In this document: positions 10,733 to 20,484 of the stretch, one piece after another | Layout: each line of letters begins with the position of its first letter | How positions within the stretch are numbered: position 1 is the first letter of the stretch | Assembly (NCBI GenBank): GCA_031414535.1 | Contig: JANNVQ010000007.1 | Coordinates: 23,317-87,316 of the forward strand | Direction: 5' to 3' | Origin: Gemmatimonas sp. | GTDB lineage: Bacteria; Gemmatimonadota; Gemmatimonadetes; Gemmatimonadales; Gemmatimonadaceae | Length of the DNA stretch: 64,000 nucleotides | The notes under the pieces: model-generated | Database searches by the model: none | Told to the model about the DNA's origin: nothing | The model's input: only the letters and a program-made list of their open reading frames with translations | Translations under genes and position numbers: made by a program

Positions 10733-12029
10733 CACGGACGCCGCAGCACTCGACTCGCGAAGCGCTACGGCCCGCCTCATGGGCTCGACGGCGCTTGGCC
10801 AATTGCTCGCGCTCGCCATCGCGCCTCTGCTCGGCCGTATCCTCGGGCCGGCGGCATTCGGGGCCTTTGCCGTGTATCTCGCCGTGCTTGGTTCGCTCGG
10901 CAATGCGGCCTCCTGGCGCCTCGGCCTCGCCGTGCCCGTACCATTGCGAGATGAGGACGGCACGGCGGTGGTGGCTGCGGGCATCCTGGCGACGCTGCTG
11001 TCAACCGTGCTCGTGACGCTCGCGGTCTGGTTACTTGGAGATCGCGCAGCAAACGAGTGGCTGGGAAACGCCGATGCGGCGCCGCTGCTCTGGCTCATTC
11101 CAGCATCGGTACTCGGCGTCGGCCTGACCGATGTGCTCTCGGGCTGGTGCCTGCGCTATCGTCGGTTTCCCGCGCTGGTCCAACAGCGCGTCGTGCGCGC
11201 GGTGGGCACGAGTGGGTGGCAATTAATTCATGCCTTGGTCGTGCGGGCGGGCGCGCTCCCACTTGTGTGGGGCGAGGTGATTGGACGCCTCGCGAGCGTC
11301 GCGGCGATGGGGGGAGCGATTTGGCGCGCCGAGCGAGGGAGAGTCGCGGGACTCGGCTGGCCACAGGTAAGACAGGCATTCCGAAATCAGCGGCAGTTCA
11401 TCACAGTCGCAACGCCCGCCAACCTGATCAATCAACTCGGCCAGTGGGTTCCGGTGTTTCTCCTCACCGCGTGGTGGGGCGTCGCGGCCGCCGGCCTGTA
11501 CGTGGTGGGACAGCGCGTGATTGGGGTACCCATCGGACTCATCGGTGACTCGGCTGGGCAGGTGTACATCGCCGACCTCGCCGCTGCCTCGCGCAGTGAA
11601 CCGGCGCGCATGAGAGTGTTGTTTCGCGACACTGCGCTCAAGCTCGGTAAACTCGCGGCTCTGGCAGCAACGGTCCTCATTCTGCTGGGGCCCCTCGCAT
11701 TCTCGCTGGGATTCGGCAGCGAATGGCGTGACGCCGGGACCATGGTGCGTTGGCAGGGGATTGCCCTCGCCGCTCAGTTGGTGGCCATCCCGATGGCCCA
11801 TACGCTGGTGGTGTTGAAGTTCCAGCAGCGCCAGCTCGTCTGGGATGTGCTCCGCCTGTTGGCCACGGTGGCGGGGTTTGGCATCGCCCGGAGTTGGGAA
11901 GCGGATGCCGTGACCGCGGTGGCCCTCCACGGCCTGATTACCGCCCTACTCTACGGTGGCCTCACTTGGGCCAGTTGGCGCGCTGTGCGCGAGCGCGCCA
12001 ATGCCGCAAAATCCAATGCCGCAAGCTAG
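10725..12029 (+). CDS. Wzx-like oligosaccharide flippase (MOP superfamily)
   Basis: Many TM segments; GQLLALAIAPLLGRILGPAAFG N-terminus; FGSEW motif. Confidence 0.8.
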   Translation: MTDTDAAALDSRSATARLMGSTALGQLLALAIAPLLGRILGPAAFGAFAVYLAVLGSLGNAASWRLGLAVPVPLRDEDGTAVVAAGILATLLSTVLVTLAVWLLGDRAANEWLGNADAAPLLWLIPASVLGVGLTDVLSGWCLRYRRFPALVQQRVVRAVGTSGWQLIHALVVRAGALPLVWGEVIGRLASVAAMGGAIWRAERGRVAGLGWPQVRQAFRNQRQFITVATPANLINQLGQWVPVFLLTAWWGVAAAGLYVVGQRVIGVPIGLIGDSAGQVYIADLAAASRSEPARMRVLFRDTALKLGKLAALAATVLILLGPLAFSLGFGSEWRDAGTMVRWQGIALAAQLVAIPMAHTLVVLKFQQRQLVWDVLRLLATVAGFGIARSWEADAVTAVALHGLITALLYGGLTWASWRAVRERANAAKSNAAS

Positions 12030-12052
12030 AGCCTGACTTACTTTTCTTATCT

Positions 12053-14410
12053 ATGACCGACACCACACGTCGCTCCAACATTTTGCCCGGCGTACTCTTT
12101 GCCCTCGCGTGGGCGGTACTGCTCGGCATTCTCTTCGCGCCGCTGTTCTCCGGCGGCGTGATCGTCAATCCAATGAGCGACGGCAAGGACGGCTACGTCA
12201 CCCGTCACTTCGCGGCCAAGATCATCGCGCAGTGGGGGGAAGTCCCTCGCTGGAACCCCTACATCTTTGGCGGCATGCCATTCCTTGGCGCCATGCACGG
12301 CGACCAAGTGTATCCCATTTCTGTGGCCTTGCGTGCAATGTTTGCACCGGCGCTGGGCATCGGGTTGGGCATGGTCTTTCACGCGTGGCTCGGCGCGGTT
12401 GGCTTGCTGGCCTTCCTGCGCAAGCAGCAGCTCAATTGGAGCTCGGCGATTGTGGGCGCGACGGCGTACGGCATTTCGGGGCCGCTGCTCTCGCTCTTCT
12501 TTCCGGGTCACGACGGCAAGATTTACGTACTTGGCCTCACGCCTTGGGCCTTGCTCTCTATTTATGAAGCGTGCCGTACGCGACGCCCCCTCTGGTTTGC
12601 GCTCTGGGGACTCATCGTTGGATTGATGCTGCTCTCGCCGCACTTTCAGATGACGTACTACTCGTCACTGCTGATGGGCGCGTTCCTCTTCTTCACGCTC
12701 TTCACCGAAACCGACAAGGCCGCGCGCATCCACGTGCTCGCGGCATTTGGCCTCGCCAGCGTGCTAGCCCTCGCGACAGCTGCGGCGCAGTTGATGCCCT
12801 TTGCGGAGTATCTGCCATTTAGCCCACGCTCCGCCGCGGGTTCGTCGTCCAGCGGTTGGGAGTACGGCACGAGTTGGGCCATGCCGGCCATTGAGTTGAT
12901 TGGTACCATGTGGGGCGGATTCAACGGATGGCTGCTCGAGACCTATTGGGGCACCAACTCCTTCAAGCTCCACTCCGACTACATCGGACTGCTCGTTGGC
13001 GTGCTCGCGCTCACGGCCTTGCTGCGTACGCCCGCAGGGCTAGAACGCAAGCGAGTGTGGTTCTGGATCGGTTGCGTAATCTTTGGCACGCTCTGGGTGC
13101 TCGGGGGGCAGACTCCGTTCTATCGCATCCCGTTCCACTTTTTCCCGATGATTAGCAAGACGCGGGCGCCCTCCATGATGTGGGGGCACGTGGCGCTGTG
13201 CTTCGGCGTACTCGCGGCACTTGGCTTCCATCAAGTGCAGGCGATGGCGCAGATGGAACGGGAACGCTGGGCCAAGCGCGTTGCGCTTGTGGTCGCCATC
13301 GGTGCCGTCGTGTTTCTCGCCTCGGCGGAAGGCATGATTACATCGCTCGCGCCGGCACAGCGGATTGAGGCGGCGTACGCTGCCGTGGATGGCGCACGCA
13401 TGGGCTTGATGCTCGGCGCGGCGGCCGTGGTGGGGTTCGCACTCGTCGCTTGGATGGCTCCACAATTCCTTGCCGTTGCGGCGGTTGTGCTACTGCTTGG
13501 CGACCTTGGAAGCCAGGTGCGTCGCTTCATCGTGATTGATGAGCGCGGGGCAGGGGTCTTCGCCGCTGACGAGGTGGTGCAGGCAATTGAGAAGGATGCT
13601 GCCGGCACCACGCAGCCGTGGCGCATCGTGCCGTTGGGGCGCGTCTATATGGATGACTATCTGATGGAGCACCGCGTGCGCTCCGCACTCGGCTACCACG
13701 GCAACGAACCGCACACCTACGACGAGACACTGGGCGGCAAGAACCAGTGGGGCAACCTCGCTGATCCGCAGGCTTGGCGTTTGCTTGGCGTTCGCTATCT
13801 CGTGCTCGATCAAGCCCCAACGCAGTTACCGCCAGGATTCGAAGTCGTCGGGCGCGATCTGACGACTTGGCTCGGCGAACGCGCGACAGTACTGCGCATT
13901 CCAAGCCCTGCGCCTTGGGCCGTCATCGCGCCGCTCGCCTTCAAGCTCGACGACGAAGTGCAGACCATTACGACGGCCATGAATCCGCAATTCGATCCGA
14001 CGCGCATCGTGCTGCTCGCTGGCGACGCGAGCTTTGGCTCGACCACTCCGCCGGAAGCCCTGCCTGCGCCCATTACGCCCGCGCCCACCATTGCCGTAGA
14101 GGAACGCCAGCCCGGCGTGTACGCATTGACCATCAGCGGTCTCGAGCAAGATGGGTTCCTCGTCGTCAGCGAGAACCATCTGCCCACCTGGACCGCGACG
14201 GTGGATGGGCAGCCCGCGCCAATTGCTCGAGCCAACGGCAGCTTCATCGCCGTGCCCGTGAAGGCCGGCGCGAAGGACGTCGTGCTCTCCGTTGAATCGC
14301 GAGGAGACAAGCGAGGCCTTCAGGTTTCGTTCGCTGGCCTCGGGGGACTCGTGCTCTTGGCACTCTCCGGCCTCTTCATGAAGTCGAGAAAGGAAGAGGC
14401 GTCCGCCTGA
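12053..14410 (+). CDS. YfhO-like multi-TM membrane protein (putative GT-C glycosyltransferase)
   Basis: PRWNPYIFGGMPF early loop, many TM helices, C-terminal LVVSENHLPTWTATVDGQPAPIARANG typical of the YfhO family. Confidence 0.8.
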   Translation: MTDTTRRSNILPGVLFALAWAVLLGILFAPLFSGGVIVNPMSDGKDGYVTRHFAAKIIAQWGEVPRWNPYIFGGMPFLGAMHGDQVYPISVALRAMFAPALGIGLGMVFHAWLGAVGLLAFLRKQQLNWSSAIVGATAYGISGPLLSLFFPGHDGKIYVLGLTPWALLSIYEACRTRRPLWFALWGLIVGLMLLSPHFQMTYYSSLLMGAFLFFTLFTETDKAARIHVLAAFGLASVLALATAAAQLMPFAEYLPFSPRSAAGSSSSGWEYGTSWAMPAIELIGTMWGGFNGWLLETYWGTNSFKLHSDYIGLLVGVLALTALLRTPAGLERKRVWFWIGCVIFGTLWVLGGQTPFYRIPFHFFPMISKTRAPSMMWGHVALCFGVLAALGFHQVQAMAQMERERWAKRVALVVAIGAVVFLASAEGMITSLAPAQRIEAAYAAVDGARMGLMLGAAAVVGFALVAWMAPQFLAVAAVVLLLGDLGSQVRRFIVIDERGAGVFAADEVVQAIEKDAAGTTQPWRIVPLGRVYMDDYLMEHRVRSALGYHGNEPHTYDETLGGKNQWGNLADPQAWRLLGVRYLVLDQAPTQLPPGFEVVGRDLTTWLGERATVLRIPSPAPWAVIAPLAFKLDDEVQTITTAMNPQFDPTRIVLLAGDASFGSTTPPEALPAPITPAPTIAVEERQPGVYALTISGLEQDGFLVVSENHLPTWTATVDGQPAPIARANGSFIAVPVKAGAKDVVLSVESRGDKRGLQVSFAGLGGLVLLALSGLFMKSRKEEASA

Positions 14411-15420
14411 TGGCTGACGTACGCGTGGTGCCCTACGAGCCACATCATCTGGAGCCCGTGCTCGAACTGATGCGGAAGTGGAGTCCAGATCATCCCGAGC
14501 TCGCCGAACGCTCGCTCGTGCAGTGGCAGCGCTGCGCGCGCTATGTGGCATTGGATGGTGATCAGGTGGTGGGACAAATTTGCCAAGTGGCGCACGAGTT
14601 CCGATACCGCGATTCGCGCGCAAGCGTCCCGCTGGGATGGGGCATCACGCTCGTGCTGGACATGTCGGACGATGCCACGCGCAAGGCGGCGGGTCGTCTC
14701 CTGCTCGCCACCTGCGAGAATGCACCCGGCCTCAAGTACGCAGCGGTGGGCGTGGTCCCCGCAATCGAGCCCGCCTACCTCCGGCGTGGGCATCGCCTCA
14801 CGCGAGAGTCATCCGCCTACTTCGCGCGATTCTTCAGGCCGGAGAAGGCACTCGCCTACTGGAACAAGCCCACGTGGCTGGCGCCAGCCGTGCAGGCAGG
14901 CAACCTGATTAACTGGCCCAAGAATGCCGGCGCACCAGGCAAGCTTGAGCGCATCACGCGCTTTGATGCCGCTTGGGACGCCACGTGGGATGCGTTGCTC
15001 AAGGCGCGTTATGAACTCGCCGGTACGCGCACCGCCGACTATCTCAACTACAAGCTTGCCCAGCCGCGCCGCGACTATCACGCCTACGTGCATCGCAGCG
15101 CCGAGGGAGCCGTCAATGGGTATGTAGTATTTCGCCGAGCGAAGCATCTGACGCGCGACTTGGACGTGGTGAAAATCTGTGATTTCGTCGGCGAGGGCGC
15201 CGTGCTCGACGCGCTCCTCAGCCAGGCCACAGAGTTCGCGCGCGAGGAGGAGGGTCGCGGCACGTATGGCATCGTCGGCCTGAGCTCACTGGTGGATACG
15301 CCGGCCTTGAAGCGCGCCGGCCTTTGGGTACAGCGGCCGTACCCGGTGGTTCTCGCGGGCGGCGTGGAAGGCGCTATCCGAGTCTCATTTTTTGACTCGG
15401 ACCTCGACGACCTGTGGTGA
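14410..15420 (+). CDS. Putative tandem GNAT-fold acyltransferase
   Basis: RYVALDGDQVVG...RKAAGRLL and a second domain RTADYLNYK...GYVVFR...KICDF, resembling GNATs of polysaccharide clusters. Confidence 0.55.
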   Translation: MADVRVVPYEPHHLEPVLELMRKWSPDHPELAERSLVQWQRCARYVALDGDQVVGQICQVAHEFRYRDSRASVPLGWGITLVLDMSDDATRKAAGRLLLATCENAPGLKYAAVGVVPAIEPAYLRRGHRLTRESSAYFARFFRPEKALAYWNKPTWLAPAVQAGNLINWPKNAGAPGKLERITRFDAAWDATWDALLKARYELAGTRTADYLNYKLAQPRRDYHAYVHRSAEGAVNGYVVFRRAKHLTRDLDVVKICDFVGEGAVLDALLSQATEFAREEEGRGTYGIVGLSSLVDTPALKRAGLWVQRPYPVVLAGGVEGAIRVSFFDSDLDDLW

Positions 15421-16472
15421 TGGAAGTCCCGATTGTCATCGGCTGCGACACCGACCCTGATCGCGAAGGGTTCGTGGGGCCGCTGCCCACCGACCGCTTG
15501 GTATGGAATGGCATGCTCGAGGGCATTCCAGCCCTCAAACGCGAAGTCGCGTATATAACTGACCATCACGGCCGCGCTCCTCGCTTCACGTGGCTCGTGC
15601 GCGCCGACGAGCAGGTGCAGCAGTTGCACGGCGGCTACGCCTGGTGCCTCGAGCAGCATGCCGACTTCTTCGCTGGCCTCGTCCGCAGCGGCGACGCCCT
15701 CGGCTGGCATCCGCACTTTTGGCGCCGAGATCCGAACACGCAGCGTTGGTACCAGGAAGTGGAAGACCGGGCATGGCAGGTACGGATGCTGCACGAGGCC
15801 CACCTCGCCTTGATGAAGGCCGGACTCACACCAGCCAGCGTGCGCATGGGCTGGACCTACCACAACTCGGAAACTTTCAACGCCCTCGACGCGCTCGGTG
15901 TGAAGTTGGAGTTCTCGCCCTTTCCTGGACTGCGTAGCTACCGCCACGCGCCCAAGACACGAGACGAGAATCAGTTTGATTGGTTCGACACGCCCACGCA
16001 GTCGTTCTTCGCGAGTCGTCGCGATCCACGGGTTCCCGCAAGGGTGGGGGAGCAGGCCTGCCGAATGCTGAGCTTGCCGTGCTGGGTCTCACAACATCCG
16101 TTTTGGGGATTCGCGGCCGGAGTGCAGATGGTACGGAAGTCCGGACTGAGCGGCCTCATCCTCGACGCGATGCGGCGGCCAAGTTACGTGATCAATCTCA
16201 CAGCCCGTCCGAACCTCTTCGCGCCGCTTGTGAGCCAGCTGAGAAAGTCGTTGAAGTCGCGAGACCGGGACCACAATCCACCCACGTTTGCGACATATTT
16301 CCATCCGGACGAACTGATTCCAAACCGCAGTTCGATGTATGCCCGGGCGCACGTCGGGGAGAATCTGCGGGCCCTGCTGGATTGTATCCGGGAGGCCGGC
16401 GCGAAGCCCATCTTTGCGACCGCCAATGAGTATGTAGACCAGTGGGGCGGCAGCACGCGCTCCACCTCTTAA
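15420..16472 (+). CDS. Putative polysaccharide deacetylase (CE4/NodB-like)
   Basis: IGCDTDPD, GWHPH, RMGW, YFHPDE motifs in NodB-like order. Confidence 0.6.
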   Translation: MEVPIVIGCDTDPDREGFVGPLPTDRLVWNGMLEGIPALKREVAYITDHHGRAPRFTWLVRADEQVQQLHGGYAWCLEQHADFFAGLVRSGDALGWHPHFWRRDPNTQRWYQEVEDRAWQVRMLHEAHLALMKAGLTPASVRMGWTYHNSETFNALDALGVKLEFSPFPGLRSYRHAPKTRDENQFDWFDTPTQSFFASRRDPRVPARVGEQACRMLSLPCWVSQHPFWGFAAGVQMVRKSGLSGLILDAMRRPSYVINLTARPNLFAPLVSQLRKSLKSRDRDHNPPTFATYFHPDELIPNRSSMYARAHVGENLRALLDCIREAGAKPIFATANEYVDQWGGSTRSTS

Positions 16473-16478
16473 CAGACG

Positions 16479-17210
16479 ATGAGCACTGCGAACCAACGGG
16501 GACTCGTGATTGTCCCGACCTATAATGAAAGCGAGAACATCCGGACGCTGCTGCGTGCGGTAGTCGATGCGGACGCCCGCCTCGATGTCCTCGTCGTGGA
16601 CGACAACTCGCCCGACAAAACCGGCGACATCGTGGAGAACATCCGCGAGACCGAGCCCCGCGTGCACATCCTTCGTCGTCCCGGCAAGATGGGACTCGGT
16701 ACCGCCTACCGGGACGGATTCCGTTGGGCGCTGGCACGCGACTACGAGCTGATCTTTGAAATGGATGCGGACTTTAGCCACAGTCCCTCGCACCTTTCGG
16801 AGTTCCTCGCCGCGGCGGAGAAGGCCGACTTCGTACTCGGCTCTCGCTACCTAGACGGGAAAGTCACCGTGGTGAACTGGCCCATCAGCCGCCTGTTGCT
16901 GAGCTACGGAGCCAACATCTACGCGCGCTTGGTGACGGGCCTCCAGCTTTGGGACGCCACTGGTGGATTCAAGTGTTTTCACCGACGCGTGCTGGAAGCG
17001 ATTGATTTGAATGATGTTCGCTCCAATGGATACGCCTTCCAGATCGAGATGTCATTCCGCGCTGTGCGAAAGGGCTTTAAGCCCATCGAGATCCCCATCG
17101 TGTTCACGGATCGCACGGAAGGCGAGAGCAAGATGTCGGGCCACATTGTGCGCGAAGCCATTTTCATGGTGTGGCGCTTGCGCTGGTGGGCGCTCACGGG
17201 ACGCGTATGA
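16479..17210 (+). CDS. Polyprenol monophosphomannose synthase (Ppm1/DPM1-like GT2)
   Basis: IVPTYNESENI, VDDNSPDKTG, GKMGLGTAY, EMDADFSH, GYAFQIEM, GESKMS. Confidence 0.92.
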   Translation: MSTANQRGLVIVPTYNESENIRTLLRAVVDADARLDVLVVDDNSPDKTGDIVENIRETEPRVHILRRPGKMGLGTAYRDGFRWALARDYELIFEMDADFSHSPSHLSEFLAAAEKADFVLGSRYLDGKVTVVNWPISRLLLSYGANIYARLVTGLQLWDATGGFKCFHRRVLEAIDLNDVRSNGYAFQIEMSFRAVRKGFKPIEIPIVFTDRTEGESKMSGHIVREAIFMVWRLRWWALTGRV

Positions 17211-18016
17211 AGTTTTGGAAGATGTCTGGATCGGGCAACGACTTCGTCTTTGTGGATGGCATCGGCCACCCGAAATCCGCATCCCTCGCTTCTGACCCCG
17301 ACTTCGTGCGTTCTGTCTGCGCCCCCCACACGGGAGTCGGAGCCGATGGGCTCGCGGTGTTCAGGCTCTCCGCGGAGTACGATTTCGAGCTCAGCTACTT
17401 TAACCGAGATGGCAGCGTCGGCGAGCTCTGTGGGAACGCCTCGCTTTGCGCCGTCCGCCTTGCCACGGATTTGGGAATCGCACGGCAGTCCGGCCTCAAG
17501 TTCCAGACCCCCGCGGGTGTAATTGCCGGGCGAATACGCGACGGACGGCCCGAGGTTGATCTACAACCGGTGCAGGGGCTTGTAACCGATTCAGGCATCC
17601 CGCAGCTGGCCAAAGAGTTCAAGCTGGGCTTTGCCAACACGGGAGTCCCGCACCTCGTTATCCGAACTGAGGACCTCGACGCCATCTCGTTGGCGACCCG
17701 GGGCCCCGAGCTTCGCTACCACCCCAGCCTCGAGGCTGGAGCCAATGTGAACTGGGTTGGCCGAAACCAAGTCGGGGCGTGGAGGATGCGGACCTACGAG
17801 CGCGGCGTGGAGGCCGAGACCTTGGCCTGCGGAACCGGAGCGGTGGCCTGCGCGGCAATGCTCCGGGCCTGGGGTGAGGCGGGAGACTCGACGGATTTGA
17901 TCACAAGGTCCGGCCAGATTCTGACCGTAAGCCTGAAGTCAGATGGGGCCGTGTTGCGACCGACCTTGGCGGGCGAGGGCCGCATCGTATTTGAGGGCGA
18001 GCTGCGGGACATCTAG
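17207..18016 (+). CDS. dapF: Diaminopimelate epimerase
   Basis: KMSGSGNDF, ELCGNASLC, NTGVPH, RTYERGVEAETLACGTG. Confidence 0.97.
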   Translation: MKFWKMSGSGNDFVFVDGIGHPKSASLASDPDFVRSVCAPHTGVGADGLAVFRLSAEYDFELSYFNRDGSVGELCGNASLCAVRLATDLGIARQSGLKFQTPAGVIAGRIRDGRPEVDLQPVQGLVTDSGIPQLAKEFKLGFANTGVPHLVIRTEDLDAISLATRGPELRYHPSLEAGANVNWVGRNQVGAWRMRTYERGVEAETLACGTGAVACAAMLRAWGEAGDSTDLITRSGQILTVSLKSDGAVLRPTLAGEGRIVFEGELRDI

Positions 18017-18051
18017 TCCTGCGTGGGAAACTCAGCGTTATCCCCATTAGA

Positions 18052-18079
18052 ACTATACATAATACATATTATAAGTAAT
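18052..18079 (-). other. dif-like XerC/XerD chromosome dimer resolution site
   Basis: Minus strand ATTACTTATAA-TATGTA-TTATGTATAGT: 11-6-11 layout with ATAA/TTAT inner symmetry and a TTATGT XerD-like arm; AT-rich intergenic island at the gene-strand switch. Confidence 0.8.
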
Positions 18080-18171
18080 TATTGGTGGCAGGATATCTGT
18101 GAGCTTACGGTTCAACTTGCAAGCCAGCAAGGCGCCACCAGCTTCCCTCCATCGGCATACAAGCGGCGTAC

Positions 18172-18211
18172 AAAAATGCGGGCCTGGCATCAGCCAGACC
18201 CGCATTCTCTT
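18172..18211. terminator. Probable bidirectional intrinsic terminator between convergent genes
   Basis: AAAA-ATGCGGGCCTGGC-ATCA-GCCAGACCCGCAT-TCTCTT: 13-bp stem with one mismatch (G-U on the minus strand), A-run on the left, pyrimidine run on the right. Confidence 0.75.
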
Positions 18212-18230
18212 AACAATATACCTGAGCTAA

Positions 18231-18860
18231 CTAGGCCTTAGCCTTTATTTCACCGAGTCTTAGTCGCGCCTCAGCAGCGAAGTCGGAATCCTCGCGAATG
18301 GAAATCTCTGTGTAGATCCGCTCAGCCGCCGCGGCCTCGCCGGCCGTCATGTACGAACGGGCTGCGTCCATGCGGTACGCATCCCGATCGGACGGCAACT
18401 GGCTCGCCGCAGCCGCCGCCTCGAAGTCCTTCGCCGCGCCGCTGTGGTCGCCCTTGAGACCCTTGCCTGTGGCCTGCAGTCCAAGCATGCCAGCACGCAT
18501 CGCCGCCGGCGCCTTCGCCACGGCAGCAGAAACCACGGCCAGCCCGGAGTCAGCCTGACCGGCCTCGTAATACCACTGGGTGGAAAGAAGCGCCGCCTGG
18601 CTGCCAGCCGAAGTACCCGCGTAGCGCGTCAGGAGCTTCTGGAGTTCGGCCTGAGCCGCCGGAATGCCGCCCGTTGAGTAGGCCGCCTCGGCAAGGGCAA
18701 AGGCCTCTTGGGCACGCTGCTCCTTAATCTCGCCGGAGCGCTTTGCCATCCAAAGGCCGCCGCCGGCAGCGGCCAACACTACTGCCCCAATCACGATGGG
18801 GCGCTGATACCGCTGAAGGGTCTCGGCCACGGAGGGCGAGTCAGAAAAGTCGTTCGTCAT
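18231..18860 (-). CDS. Single-TM TPR protein (YfgM-like)
   Basis: N-terminal TM segment (IVIGAVVLAAAGGGLW) followed by Ala-rich helical repeats (RYAGTSAG, EARLRLGEI). Confidence 0.7.
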   Translation of the reverse strand: MTNDFSDSPSVAETLQRYQRPIVIGAVVLAAAGGGLWMAKRSGEIKEQRAQEAFALAEAAYSTGGIPAAQAELQKLLTRYAGTSAGSQAALLSTQWYYEAGQADSGLAVVSAAVAKAPAAMRAGMLGLQATGKGLKGDHSGAAKDFEAAAAASQLPSDRDAYRMDAARSYMTAGEAAAAERIYTEISIREDSDFAAEARLRLGEIKAKA

Positions 18861-18940
18861 TGCCTGAGAGATAAAGGTAAAGCCCGAGGAGGCAGTGGCC
18901 CCTCGACATCTAGTGAAAACTAATCGGCCGACTGCCAGAG

Positions 18941-19014
18941 TGCCCCCGGGCAGATTCGAACTGCCGACCTGCGGTTTAGGAAACCGTCGCTCTATCCACC
19001 TGAGCTACGGGGGC
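18941..19014 (-). tRNA. tRNA-Arg(CCT), CCA end not encoded
   Basis: GCCCCCGTAGCTCAGGTGGATAGAGCGACGGTTTCCTAAACCGCAGGTCGGCAGTTCGAATCTGCCCGGGGGCA; anticodon loop TT-CCT-AA, T-loop GTTCGAAT. Confidence 0.96.
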
Positions 19015-19169
19015 AAGCCACAACAAGATAACGCGGCAAAGCGCGAACGCTTAGCCATTCCGTTGTGGTGCGGTCGTGCCCTGCTCCGCTGCACCCCGTC
19101 AAGACGACGCGCGAACCGTGCTCGGCCCGCTTTGCGAGCCAATCGAGCGTGGTTGCTGAGCGGGGAGAC

Positions 19170-20474
19170 TTAGGGATTCCGTGGTTGAGCGGTTCGGCCT
19201 GTACCGCTCGACCCCGCCGAGCGAGTGCCGCCGGACGAGGATTCACCGCTCGAGGATGACTGCGAGGAACCACTGCTCGCCCTCACGGTGCTCGGGCCGC
19301 TGCTATTGCGAGGCTGCCCCGAACCACCCGTTGATGAGGAGTTCGTTCCGCTGGTGTATCCCTGACCCTTGGTCACGGTACCAGGCTCACGCCGAGGCTG
19401 TGTTGTCACCACTACGGAGCCCGGTACGCCGGTGAACTGCCCATTGCCGTACCAGTTCCCGCCCCCGTACGGCCCGAAGGCCCAACGCGAATAGAATCCT
19501 CCGCCCACGCAATCGGGGAACCACCCGTAATACGATAATCCCAGCCCTGGATACATCGACCACAGCGGGAAGCTCCCACGCCAATTCAGCGCGCCGAACT
19601 GAAACTGGTCGCAGAAGGCGTCCATCCTGAGATCACTACCCAACCACGCCTGCTGCCGCGGGGTATTCCATGTGTTTGCCCCACCCCCACCCGCCCGCTC
19701 AACGCGCGGCGCAAACTGCGCGGGATTTGCTAGTGCCACGCTCAAATCAATGATGCGAGTGGGGGCGTTCGCCGCGACCAGGCGACTGAGCTCACGACGT
19801 GTTACACGGAAGTTCGAGTTGCCAGTACCCGTTTCGGCCATCCACGCCTCTACTACCAGCGGGTCGGCAAATTGTAGCGCGTCCTCGATCGCAACTAAGT
19901 CCACTGCACGCGCAGCGCCCACACGCGCGCCGGCGGCAAGCACCGCGAGGCTCTTCAACCGCTCCTGCATCGCAGGCGGAAGGTCCATCCACGGCAGCAG
20001 CTCAAAGCGATGCGTGGTCACGTTGTGTTGCTCACCCACTCGCACAGCCATCACCTGCAAGAACTGTCGCTCCGGTGTGATGGAGAGTACGCCCGACGTG
20101 ACCTGCTCCTGCCGCGCCGCGCAGTTGGCGATTCCGCGCATGTACACGCGCGCGCCATCCAGCGAGAATGCCGAAGACTCCCAACCCTGACAGCCCTCGG
20201 CTTCAATGTCGCGGCGCTCGCCATCCGCACGCAGCGTGACCGTCTGCACGACATTCCCAGCAACCAGACTCAACTGCTCAATCTCAAGCGACGACCCTGC
20301 AACGGGCAGCACGCAGGTCATGGCGAGGCTGCGGGCGCCCTCCGCTGGGGCCCAGCATCCAAAGAATGCGGCCCATGGATGTGCGGAACTCGCCGTCTGC
20401 TGGGCTTGGGCAGGCGAAACCGCCAGAAGCGTGAGCCCAGCAGCCGTTCCGATGAACGCTCGAAGGATTCGCAT
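19170..20474 (-). CDS. Secreted hypothetical protein with aromatic/Gly-rich segment and Ser/Gly-rich tail
   Basis: Signal peptide ending PAQA|QQ; several Cys; Y/W/G-rich stretch; low-complexity C-terminus; co-oriented with the upstream beta-barrel gene. Confidence 0.65.
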   Translation of the reverse strand: MRILRAFIGTAAGLTLLAVSPAQAQQTASSAHPWAAFFGCWAPAEGARSLAMTCVLPVAGSSLEIEQLSLVAGNVVQTVTLRADGERRDIEAEGCQGWESSAFSLDGARVYMRGIANCAARQEQVTSGVLSITPERQFLQVMAVRVGEQHNVTTHRFELLPWMDLPPAMQERLKSLAVLAAGARVGAARAVDLVAIEDALQFADPLVVEAWMAETGTGNSNFRVTRRELSRLVAANAPTRIIDLSVALANPAQFAPRVERAGGGGANTWNTPRQQAWLGSDLRMDAFCDQFQFGALNWRGSFPLWSMYPGLGLSYYGWFPDCVGGGFYSRWAFGPYGGGNWYGNGQFTGVPGSVVVTTQPRREPGTVTKGQGYTSGTNSSSTGGSGQPRNSSGPSTVRASSGSSQSSSSGESSSGGTRSAGSSGTGRTAQPRNP

Positions 20475-20484
20475 GACGTCCTCT

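Noticed and set aside
18023..18241. 72-aa ORF across the dif-like region
   Set aside because: Atypical composition; spans the dif-like site and terminator; no SD or recognisable motif.
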